Shown: positions 1-16,482 of the stretch, piece after piece
How positions within the stretch are numbered: position 1 is the stretch's first letter
Layout of the letters: each line of letters opens with the position of its first letter
DNA from: Laetmonice hystrix
Taxonomy: Eukaryota
Length of the DNA stretch: 64,000 nt
Assembly: GCA_965235115.1 (NCBI GenBank)
Contig: OZ249436.1
Span: forward strand, 14,508,001-14,572,000
Direction of reading: 5' to 3'
Notes under the pieces: model-generated
Seen by the model: the letters and a program-made list of their open reading frames with translations, nothing else
The model's database searches: none
What the model was told of the DNA's origin: nothing
Translations under genes and position numbers: made by a program

Positions 1-243
1 TGTCCAGCAACAGCATCAAGTAATGTCTGAGACCTACTCATTTCTAGCATGAGAGATGAATTTTGATGTAACCCCTTAGGGATGAGAACAAACCAGTTTT
101 CTGAAGGCCCTGATAAGAAATTTATTTTAAATGTGAATGTCGCAACATCGGTTGCTTCTCCAACATCATAATGGCAGGGCATCTCGTTGGCTGGCTGTTT
201 GCTGTCTGATGGCACGCCAGGTTGTGAATAAGGTCCACTCTTA

Positions 244-1152
244 TACCCTAGTCACACTAGAGGCGGAATGAACCGGAATGCCGTCGGAATGAAAGTTCTT
301 TGTACATTCCTGGATATTCGAAGTGAATTCTAAATATTCTGACTGCATTCTGAGTGCATTCCAAATATTCGGGCCCATTCTTGTTGGCGGCCCGAATGTT
401 TTGCTCATGCTCAAAACTTTCGAGGTGCATTCGAAGTGGAGAAATATCGAACGGCATTCGAAATGTATTCTAAATGCACTCTGACTGCATTCTAAATATT
501 CTTACGGCATTCCAACAGCATTCGAAACATTCTGATCGCATTCGAGGAAAAATCGAAAAGGCAAGCCACTTCAAATCCTGCCAGAATGTCCCGAATGAGC
601 CTCGAATGAGCCGGAATGCACCTCGAATGCATCTCGATTGCTGCCGGAATCTATACTCGGGACATTCTAAGTACATTCGAAGTACATTCCAAGTATTTCA
701 ACTGCATTCTGTTTAAATTCTTGGACGTTCGAACCATATTCGGCTGCCATTCTGGGAGCGTTCTGACTGCATTCGAGGTGAATTCGTACAGCATTCGAGG
801 CACTTTCCAACTAGACTTCGGGCGGTATTTGGACAGCAATCGAACCGCACTCGTACGGCATTCGAGGTGCATTCTAAATATTCTGACTGCATTCTAACAA
901 CATTCTAAATATTCCTACTGTGTTCCAACTACATTCGAGCTGCATTGGAGAGCTAATACACCCAGAATGTGCAAGAATCATTCGAGGCGGGTTCGAAGCG
1001 CATTCTAAGTATTCGAACGGGATTCTTACAAAGCTGTAAGAATTTTGGTCAATTTAAAATTTGCTCCCGAATGTGGCACGAATTTTGAGTATTCTTCATT
1101 CCGGCTGGTTCTGCTTGATTCCTGCTGATTCCGAATAAGTGTGACGGGGGTA
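244..1152. mobile_element. Non-autonomous DNA transposon with TIRs and an internally repetitive (GCATTCGA/CATTCTAA-type) body
   Basis: Left end TACCCTAGTCACACT (244-258) is the imperfect reverse complement of right end AGTGTGACGGGGGTA (1138-1152). It is flanked by TA (242-243, 1153-1154); an AT TSD reading is equally possible. The interior consists of degenerate short repeats that produce the low-complexity ORFs at 257-897. Superfamily (PIF/Harbinger-ISL2EU vs Tc1/mariner-like) is not resolved. Confidence 0.8.
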
Positions 1153-1154
1153 TA

Positions 1155-1349
1155 AGTCTCCATCAGAAGGTGGGGATGGACGTGTTTTATACCATCCTAT
1201 GTCAGTAGAAACCTGCACCCACTAAACCTGGGCAAGGTTGTCATGTCCGCAGCTGAGCCGTTCAGAGAGAACTGGCAGTCGGACAGTTGTTCTCACGTGA
1301 AACACGGTGTAAACCACCACTACTCACTCACTCACTCACTCACTCACTC
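1155..1349 (+). mobile_element. Probable SINE/LINE 3' end with (TCAC)n tail
   Basis: ...GGTGTAAACCACCAC followed by a (CACT)n microsatellite at about 1318-1349. This resembles the short tandem-repeat tails of invertebrate SINEs. No Pol III A/B box was identified. Confidence 0.4.
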
Positions 1350-1796
1350 CTCACGTGAAGGTTAAAATGATCAGTAGTGTGCAGCCCCGAACAACCTCCA
1401 GCCATCGTAAGAGCCATATTCCGGCCCACGTACGGTCGGTCCCTTGCACGCAAGTATTTACTGACAAAAGGTAAAAGGTCGTGGGCGTGATTGGTGGGGG
1501 TGGCACCTTGGGACGACTGAGTGGCCACCGATTCTCGAGGACCTTCACTGTCTTTATGGGCAAGGGTCGTCCGCCTGCCAGCACAATACTCCCGTCAAAA
1601 TACTGTCTTGCCCGCCCACAGAAAGGCATAAATCTGGATCATGTCTTTCCTGTAGGTCTTCGGAATTACTTCCCTGTAAACCTTATGATAAGGTTGTCTA
1701 AACATTGTCTCTTTGATCAGGATTTTGTCACAAGAAAACCCGCATGTGCTTTTCTGGTATGATTTGTGATTTTTTTGACACTGTTCTACTTGTTAG

Positions 1797-6376
<4,580 letters not shown>

Positions 6377-9300
6377 TTCTTTGTATATAGGTCCTGTATA
6401 AACATAGGGATTATAATTTATTAATTTATAATTTTCAGTATTAAACTGCAGATGTATGACATAGGGTGGACATTTGCTTTAGCAAGAAAGAAAGTAACGT
6501 TAAACTGAAAATCAACCTGGTTGAAGGACTGGTTGGCCGAGAGGCACCTACAACATGTCCAGTGTATACATCACGTTGTTGAGGTGTACAGCTGACTTTG
6601 GTGTCACGGTACAGTCCCGTATTGCCATCTTAACCAAGTCTTCTATAATCCACACAACATAAGCCATCAGTTCGCAGGGACTGCAGTTACTATTCCTGGC
6701 ACCAGAGGGTGTTATGACTGCTCCAACTGCTCTGATCGGTTCACCTGGTTCACCGGCTCAACTGGTATATTTCTACCAAGTCTGTGCTGAGGAGGCAGGA
6801 TATGAAAGGCGGGTCTCTGTTACTTTGGAGTTGATACACTGCGGTGGCTCTTCAACTACATGTTCGCCACATGGTCCTTTGTTCTGTAGAAATTACGTTA
6901 CAAGGAAAACTGTCGATCACTCTGTAGCCTGGGATATGACCCACGGGATGATGAAAGGAAATGCTCAGCCTTGCAGCTATAGGGCGGGACGACATGTCTT
7001 CTATTGGAGTCAGTGTTGGTGACTTGGAATTTATTTACAAATTAACCAGGAAGGGCTGCAAAACGCAGGTTTCACTCATGTAAATGTTGTTTTATAGAAT
7101 AAGCCTTTGTGTCATCCCTCCTGAGTGGGATGGACAAATGATGTGATCATAAGTCCACGTCAATGCTATATGATACACGGGATACAATTATAGCCATGGA
7201 AAAAATCATATTATTACCTGACCTTGTTGTTTGGTTACATTTTATACATTTGTTGTAGACAACACAGTGTTTTTTTAAAGGTTTGTTTTTGACTGTCCGG
7301 TGTACAATGCAGGACAGCAAGCCATACCGAAGGCTTGTGATGAAAACCATTTTATTCTACTTCTAAGCGTTATTATGTATTGTTAATTATGAACCAGATG
7401 CGCACCTTGAACCCAAAGGTTTAGTGTGCCCTTTCTCTGAGAGAAACTTGTATATGTTGTGGCCTCCGTATGTAGCAAGTTAGAATGAGCTGTTCTGTAG
7501 CCTGAGTTGGCATGCATGTGTATGTGTTTGCATAGTGTTTGTGGAACCTCAAAGGAGATAAGTGTGAACTGAGGGCAAGTGTGAAAATTAATTGCAAGTC
7601 GTGACTATTTTATCGAAGCCAGCCCACATGAGGGACAATAAGCAATGGCCTTATGACTTCAGCAAACATTGTAAAGAACTTGAAGAAAACCATACCTGAG
7701 GAAGTATATGTAGGGCCAGTGAAGAGAGAAGAGATTTAAAGGAGAGGTGAGTTGTTGGGGTTTTCCTTTGTACAGAGTTAACAGTCCATTGTGTACATCT
7801 AACAGTGTGTCAGACGGAGAAGAAAGAGAAAGACATCAAACTTTAAATATTTTCCAGAGCAGCTTCTGTAGGTAAAAGGGCATTTTACAGTATCGGGACC
7901 AATGACTGATACTACTCATTCCTGCTAATAGAAAAAAAATAGATTATATACTGGTACGGTTATAGACATTTATAGTCCATCAGTTATTGTTACAAGATGG
8001 AGCACACATCAGAAACGGCCCCAGAGTAAGGTTATCTCAGGATTTACCACTCAGAGAAACACTCGCCTCAACCACTTCAAACAAAAAATTAAATTGTCAG
8101 GGCTGCCAAATTTAGAGATACAAATATCCAATGATTTGTCAGAAAATGTCTGACATGGCTATATGCTTCACTGAAGTGGGAAGTGCCAAACAGAATTTTG
8201 TGGCCGTCAGTTGGGGAAGTTTTGAAGTTTGAAGCGCAATAAATAGATCATACATTACCATACGCTGAGACTACGGTAATTATTAATGGCTCAAATGTAT
8301 AAAATCGAGATTAGTTTGGAAAGCAAGTAAAATGTAGTCTCACCTGTGAACCATTATAAAGAAATTTAGGAAACCATGTGTTCCTGGCATATAGTCCTGC
8401 ACTTTAGGTCACATCAGTAAGAAACTTTGCAGCCCTACATTGACTTTGATTAAAGGATATCTTCCTTCAGAACTCATTTTAGGTATAAAGACTATCTAAG
8501 ATGGTTTACCTTATGTATATTTAGGTAATAGAAGTCGTCTTACTGTCATGGCTATGGTATCCTGTATTGAAGAAGCATCCCAAGCTAAAATACGTGAAGA
8601 GCAATAGGTTAAAACGTTTCCAGGCATTTTCATTGTTCGTATAAACCGTGCCTGCACAGATATATCGCTTGCTTTCGACTTGAGTTTGGCCTGATTTTAT
8701 TCACCCTAATTGATTTTAATTGCTTTAAGATTGTTGCGTTATGATGTAGGGTGTGTGCTGATCGTATTCTAAAGTATGATATCACGGGGATCAAAACAAA
8801 AGGAGCACAGAGTCACACATTGCTTGTTGGTGTGGTGCTACCAAAATTGCCGTATTCATAGTCCCAGCGTCATTGTCATTTCCGAAGAATGTAGCAAGGA
8901 ATGGACCCTAGTACATTTTGGTACACATGCCAGATTGGTTAGGCACAGTTTAGACTAGGACAAGAAGACAAAGAGGAAAAAAATTGGTTCCGTCTGGTAC
9001 CTTCTATTTAAGTGCTTCAGAAGTGGAATGCTGTCTATAACATGAGTTCAGTAAACACCTACAATTGTAGTGTTCACAAACATGGAAACTAGTTGCTAAT
9101 GTCAAATTATCAGTGGAATGGGAATATCAGAGACGTTCCATTAGAAACTACAGTGGTTTAAATTCGTCATCATTTTGTATTTGTTTTTTGTTTTGGTAGT
9201 AAGTGATCACATTTACATGGAGTCAAGGCCACATGTATGTTGAATGCGTGATGTTGACCCCACACTGTTATAGTCCTGGCTGTCATATCACGCTGTCCAC

Positions 9301-12300
9301 CGTAAAATATGAAATCATTATTACTGGTAATAGATATTATAAAATATGATATGACACTTGATGTTACCCTTGGTCTCGTATGTTTCCTGGGTAAGTCTAG
9401 ATCTTGTAGTATGTAGCAATTTCTCAATATTTGGTTTTTATCAAAAGGAAAACACTAGATCCTTTCAACCCTGTGAGAGGTCTGTATATTACCAGTACTT
9501 GCATGAGTATAATAGATGGTTTTGCATATCACATAAGTTGTCAGGGTCAAACTGCGCCAAGAGTTGGGCACTGTGTTCAGGGGAACCAGCGACAGGTCAG
9601 CAGACAATTAGTGACCCATGTGCTCAGCACTTGAGGCAGAATGTGATTCTCCTTTGACAACCTATTAACTACCAGTAAAAACGTTGTTAGATATTCGTTC
9701 ATCGTTGCCCAGTCTATGATGATAGTCTCCAACGGGAGTCCTAGGATACTATATGGATATGCTGTGTATTATTTCAGGTTACATAGACTATTTCTTGGAT
9801 CTATTCTCGTCACAGAGACGCTCAAATAGAGAGACACGGTATACGTGTTTGGTAACAATGACGGGAACGGACGCCCAGCTGGCGTGTCATTTGTTGTCCG
9901 CCTGGATGCTTTCTCTCTCGCCACATCTCTCTATGTGTGCGCACTATTTCCTTGGTGTTAATGATAGCAAAATGTGGCAGTGAGAGAACGCACCGATTTG
10001 TTACAGTTTGGAGACAGGTTTATTTTGTATCACACAGTGTACCGACACAACAAATGTCAGGTGTAAATGTCTTGCTCACGGTTGAGCGTCCGTTCTCACA
10101 GATCTGGCTATCCTCACGTGCTGGTGTTCATTTTGTTTGAAAATAATTCTGTAGAGCTCGCTGCAATGGGTTTTGTTTTGTATCAAACACAGAGCATTCC
10201 ATATACATGTAGTGCCAAGTCTTTGACCATATTTTAAAAATCTTGCCCACCCTACCCCGAGCCGACCATCTATTATTGCGGCACGTTGTATTCAAATGGC
10301 CCTGCCACTTTAAAAATATCTCACGGCCACCCATTGCAAGCCGCGCTAAAAGTCTGGGCACACAAGACTAGTTGTGAGGATACACGTGTAGCAGTATGTC
10401 GGTAGCCCAAAGCTTGTGACTAGGTCCCCTGTATTCAAATTATGACATTCTAGGAATGAGGCTGCATATCATTTATCGAGAAACGACCATGGCTGGAGTG
10501 GAAAATAATCATTAATCGTATCATCGATATTATATCTTTAACATGGTGTATGCCTACAAGAGAGTTTATTCCTAGAACTTGGATGTACTGTGCCAATATT
10601 ACTCGCCAGTCAGACTTAAAATAAGAACATGTGCACAACGCTGTGGTAATGGGCGGTTGCTACGCACAGCCACGAGTATTGAAAACAGCCCTCCATTCCA
10701 AGCCTGAATCAATATGCGGGAGACCATTTGAAGAAAGCCCAGGGCCGAAGCTGTCTTTCACTTGCCAGGGGCTCTGTATGGAGCTCTGTCGTCTCACAAC
10801 AACATTTCTAGGAAAGTTCAGATTAATGCACGCAGTCCAATAATGATGCCACTTGTCAATGTTGGTATTCAGTATTATTATGTATTTGAACAAAGTCTAA
10901 CGTTATTATGTTCCCCTTCCTGATGATGGTTTTAAACAGCAGCAGTTGTAACAAGCTATCCAAACTGTGCACGTTATTTCGTGAGTGTTAGGTTTAAAAC
11001 AAACTTGATTTGATGATCTAACAATCAAGTTCTGGTCTCTGGTATATAATTATTAGGTTTCTACTTCAATTTTGTTTTCTTGTATTCCGAGTTGATGACC
11101 CTATCGGAACAGGGGGTACTACAGGAACTGTATGAAGGAACACGTATTTGTCTGAAACATAAGGTATAAAACAATCTTAATAAATGTACAGAGGTTTTCG
11201 ATTCCTACTTAACCTGTACGTTATTACAATAATATATTTTAGTTATATCCTAGAGGCACCAAGCCGATGGAACAGTGCTGTAATACGTAACATTGTAATA
11301 CCGGTAGTCTTACATTTGTTCTTACTCCTCGAGTGGAGATCGTGTACTCGCCCCCATAGATAGTCGGTGACCTTAGTTGACCCATAAAGCCTCTCCCCTA
11401 AAATTCAGCTCTCCTCGTAGGGTGTTTGTGTTCATTCTCACTCCTTGTCCAATACCAGATGACGATGTAATACTTTGGTGTTAAAATACATGCCCTAAAG
11501 TGGCAATGGATGAATTATTCTGAATAAAGGTGGCGTCCGACTATATGTACGTAGGTCGCAGATACCCAGATCTGTCTTCTGCACCTTCACTGTTGGGCAG
11601 AGCAGTAGCGGGAACACTCCGTGACTCGGTCTTAACTAATTTAATTAAGAAAACAAAAGAGCTGTCCAGTCTTGGTTGGCTACTCCTGCAGCTTTAAATA
11701 AGATTGTACATTCTGTGCTCTACTACCCCAGGGCCATATGTAAACGTAATGCTGTACTTCCCACAATACATTAAACCCTAGATTGAGAGAGATGAAGTGC
11801 ATGGAAGCTTGTAAGTCATACAGTGATAGCCGGCTGACATGCACCCATTCAAAGGCTGTTCATATGCTACATCAGGTCATGTTGTGCTACATTTGTAATA
11901 CATAACTACTATCGATATGTTACCATTTTGTTCTATAGGATACCCATAAAGGGAGTTGTACAATATATGTACCGTAAATGTGTACAGGTCAGTGTGTTAT
12001 GCGCGAAGCAGAGAGTTGCTGTCTTGTCATGTTTATTATAAAAAAAAAAGATGTAGCTGAATAACCAAGAGTAGTGAATCATGAGAAAGTCATGAAATCC
12101 TTCCAGAATTGGGATGCAAAATGATGTTATTTTCACATGCATGGTGTCAACTCACACACGGGGAAAGCCGCGCCTCAGTTAGAAGAATCCTTTGACAGTA
12201 GGAGAATGTAGATGTGTCTGTCAGGTGTACGTCCTTGGTGTATCAGTGGAGTGTGCTGGTTTGTACGTAAATGTTTGTATATAATCTCCAAGCAGATTTT

Positions 12301-15300
12301 CTTGTACATTGTTTTAGCTTGCCTTGTCTCTGCCTTGGCAGTGACAGTTGAAGCGTATAGGCCACAAGAGTGTTTGGGCCAGGAAGCAGCCCTACTAGAG
12401 CCGCCCGTGCTACCAGATTAACATTCTCGTCTTGCGTTTGGCTGCGTTGTATGGGCAGTAGCTTTCCTTCTCCTATAACAATTTAGTAAACGTTCCTTCG
12501 GGGAATTAATCAAGACGATAGTGTGGTTCGTTTTTATTCGGCCATCATATAGGAACACTAAGAATATTCAATGTAGTAGGTGTATATAGGAAATAAAATA
12601 TGCCCATATACATGCATATGGAATTAACAATCTGTACGTGAAATTGGCACTTTGCAAGACTCAACAAGTGCATACAGGTGAAAGTTCTGGTATTTATAGT
12701 TGTGTCACTAACTACACAAGATTTCTGTGTATATATTATCTTTTTTCTTCATTTTGATAACCTTATGGACATAGTAGTAATGTAACATTTTTAAAAAGAA
12801 AGAAATGTGAATTGCTCATCAGGAGAGAAATGGAACAGTTTCAACAACAGCCGCTTTCTATGATCGTTTCGCCAGGCAAAAGGTACAAATACTGTCATGT
12901 TGGTAATATCGTCTAATGAGTACATTGTAAAAATAGAAAATTCGACTTTCTCCTGAGTGTTAAGCTTTGAATCTCAGCAGCCCAGCAGTGTTTAAACATT
13001 ATTTGGTCAAAACATGCATGCCTTATCAGGAAGGTTTCTCATTGCAGGGCCTTTAATAGCAGAGAAAAGTCTTAAAAGTCCTATATAAATTAGTTTTTCC
13101 GTTAAACATAGCCTCGCCGTTCAGGTTAATAAGTGATTGTGGTGAGAAGAGCAGTTGGACTCAACTCGGTACACTGTGATGTGGTAGTATATATTACTAG
13201 TTCAATAGAGGGTCCGACGTCAGCGATGGCCAGCCAGGACTAGCACTCATTAACTATCCTCATCTGTCCAATGTTGCCTGAGCCAGAGAAGAGTGGTTCC
13301 ATGTGGTATACCAATATACCCTGCTTTTTTCTACCCTTTAAACCTTTAGCAGCACACGTTTGGTTTCTCTCCCCAATTGTACAGACGAACAGTCTTCTCA
13401 GTAACCGTTGCCCAACAGAAATGTACAAATTACTTAGGACAATGATGAGAATAAATTTATTAGTCACCCAAGCTATCTCAACTGTCATGTTATTTGTTAC
13501 AACTATATTACCGCCCCTCTACCCATGTCAGTCCATATTTCGTGGGAAAACACAAAAGGCGATAATAATGGCTTTATTCATTTCTAATAATGTAACTTGA
13601 CAGCTACAAGACATCTGCACGGATTTAGTGTTGAATGTTTTCACTTGACAGCAACTAAAGTCAACGCTGAAGCTCTTTTCATCTGCTGAACTGTAGCGTT
13701 TACATTTTGGCACAACAGACACATGTAACCATACTATTTGGTTTTTGTCTTGTTACAATTGAATAACTTCAGAATTTTATTAAAAAAAACCCTTAAGATT
13801 GATTCATGGACTATCCGCATAACCTAGCATGTTTTTTTTAATTGATAACTGATAAATTAATTTTAATACATGTATTCTCCGAGTACAGGAGTAGGGGTTC
13901 TGAATAGATTTAAATATACACGCAGTGTATATCATCCACTTCCCCTCAGCTGCTCAAACATCCAATATAAAATCGATTTGTAAAGAGTGACGATGACTAT
14001 AAAATATTTTACCAAATCGGGATATTGCGTGAAACAGTATAACCCCGTGCTTTTTTCATTATAACAAGCATTTACAGCTCTGGTAGGGACCTCAATTTTT
14101 AACATTAATCCAGTTCCCCCCCCCCCAAACTTCACAGTTATCAAATAGAGGTCCTGTCTACTCCACCTGATCAGGACTTGACATGCTAAATTCATATAAT
14201 GACCTGCTTGGTCTAGTGGGAAATTACCGGCAGAACAAAAACTCTTGAACTGAGAATGTCATGGTCTTATAACAATATACACAATAAAACTACACCTCTG
14301 GCGTCCAGCCCAACGACAGAAACGTAACATTAATAAGGTTTAGTTTTTTTAATCTCCAAATATCAAATAACTTGTTATCAAGGAGGCAAAATATACATCT
14401 AGACTCATCTATACATTTCTCCTTATAATATGTGCGATGCAATACATCCATTTTGGAATGGCAAAAAGCTTGTTCCCTAGTAATAACAAAAATTTGTCCT
14501 GTACCCTAGTAATAACAAAAACTACCAGTAATGAGAATCTTCAATGTAATACTACTAAGTACCAATCCCACAGAATCTTTGGTCTCTGCTGGAAAAGCTG
14601 GCACAATTAGCCCTACTCCTGATGAGCAAACTGGTGCTAGCTTCACACAGTGAATATTTACGAATTATACCTTCATAAATACATAACATACCCATAGCTT
14701 ACATATTAGATACGTACACCGCTTCACATGGCATCAAAATTGAGGAATTCTACATGATCAATCTTTAATCATCCTCATTCGTCAATCTTGAAAACAAATC
14801 TAGCAAAATAAACTGATTCTGGAAATATTTCTAGTATGGGAGTATGTAGAATGTTGAGTCTGCTGTACTGAAGTAATGACAGTTGCCGTCACATAGATTT
14901 GTTATACAGTAACAAATTGTATCGTGTCACTTCCTTAGGTATCCTTAACACCAGAACCCTTCCCACCTTCCACTCATAGACAAGACACAATAAATATAAA
15001 CATTTTCTGTCTTTACATGACTATAGGGTCATGGAACTGCTCTTTCTCTCTCCCTCTAGATTCTCTTTCATACAGTCTTACCATCACTGTGACCTAATTC
15101 ACAAAACCACAGATAAATCAACAAACCATCATGATCAGCCCATTATAATTTGACATAAAGCACACGATTTTTTTATGAATATACCGTTAATTTCATGTTA
15201 CACATGATGAAAGGTTAAAGAAAAATAATCGCTGTGCTTGTAGTAGCCTAAAACAGGTATGAGGCAACATTTCCTACATCCGGTTGCTTCAAACATGATC

Positions 15301-15317
15301 AACATAATATGTTACTG

Positions 15318-15503
15318 CAGGCCCGCAGCCAGGGCTTTGGATTGGAGGGGGTTGTTCATGTACTAGAGGGGGCTGATAATTTATAAAATATGGTACTGGT
15401 ACTCCTTAAAACTGTCATCCATCAACCTTTTCTGTAGGCGGCTAAACCATTTCTGGAGTGGGCTTTGCCCCTCCGTGGCCGTTCCTCCTTGGCTATGGGC
15501 CTG
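15318..15503. mobile_element. MITE with CAGGCCC..AGCCA TIRs
   Basis: CAGGCCCGCAGCCAGG (15318) vs reverse complement of right end CAGGCCCATAGCCAAGG (ends 15503). No clean TSD. Confidence 0.6.
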
Positions 15504-15608
15504 TGGTACAATGTTTAGGAATGCAATATATATAGAAAAAATAATCTTCAGATTCCCTATACATAGGAATGTTTCTAAACCACTCAACCTTACTTAACTT
15601 ACGCATCC

Positions 15609-15910
15609 CATGGTTCGTAGAGTTAGAGGAAACCAAAATTCCAGGAGTTTTCCAGGAGTTTTCCAGGAGTTTTCCAGGATAAAATCGCAGTTTTCCAGGA
15701 CTTAAGTTCTAATACTTATTACTTTTCAGTGATTTTTAAATGCAATAAAGAGCAAAACTGAACCCACGCATTATGTTGTTCCAAAGCATTTTATGATTTT
15801 TCCAGGAGTTTCCAGGAGTCTGACTGGTTTTCCAGGACTTTCCAGTACTGGAAAACGGATTTTTGATTTTCCAGGACTTTCCAGGAGTTTCCAGGAGTCT
15901 GCGAACCCTG
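15609..15910. mobile_element. MITE with 13-bp TIRs, internal CCAGGAGTTT(T) repeats and 5-bp TSD (hAT5-like)
   Basis: CATGGTTCGTAGA (15609) / TCTGCGAACCCTG (ends 15910). TSD CATCC at 15604-15608 and 15911-15915. More than 10 internal CCAGGA(G/C)TTT units. Confidence 0.8.
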
Positions 15911-16482
15911 CATCCCACCAAGTCGTTATTCTCATAAATTCAAATATGAGGTCCATATTGATGATTGTTTCTTATCCTATCCATAGGAAATACCGGTAGT
16001 ACAAGAAAGTTATGCCAATACTGGAAATAACTGATCATAAAAGTTGTTATAGATTAGAAAGGCCTGAACTCCATTACGTTTCAAGGGTATGATCAAAATA
16101 TTGATTGAAATAGCTACTTTGGCTTTTTATTAATTTCCATTAAGGGAATTACTATTCGATAAAGTATACCATTATTAATACACATATATACTAGATATGG
16201 CCTAGAATAGCACCTCTCTACTATCATCAAATTATAGCTCCTCACTTTCAGCATTTTTCATTTTTCTTTCAAACTGCTCACAAATCACCAAGTCACTTTC
16301 CTACCATATACAAATACCTTTCACCATATTTTGAAAAATCACAGAACTTGAGTTGCCCACCTCACAAATAATTCTTGGCAGTTTTTGTACTTGCCTCATC
16401 TCAAAACACTCTTCATGCCTTTAGACTGTACAACTTTAAATCTGCACTAGTAAGCCCATGTCCCCTCAGTGCTGCTTACTGT

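Noticed and set aside
257-897. Overlapping ORFs (MHLEC.../RCIRG...)
   Set aside because: Low-complexity translations of the internal repeats of a non-autonomous transposon.
6714-7022. 102-aa ORF downstream of the JNK stop; also JNK stop-codon readthrough as in MAPK10
   Set aside because: No homology recognised. The stop context is TGA-TTC, not the TGA-CTAG readthrough motif.
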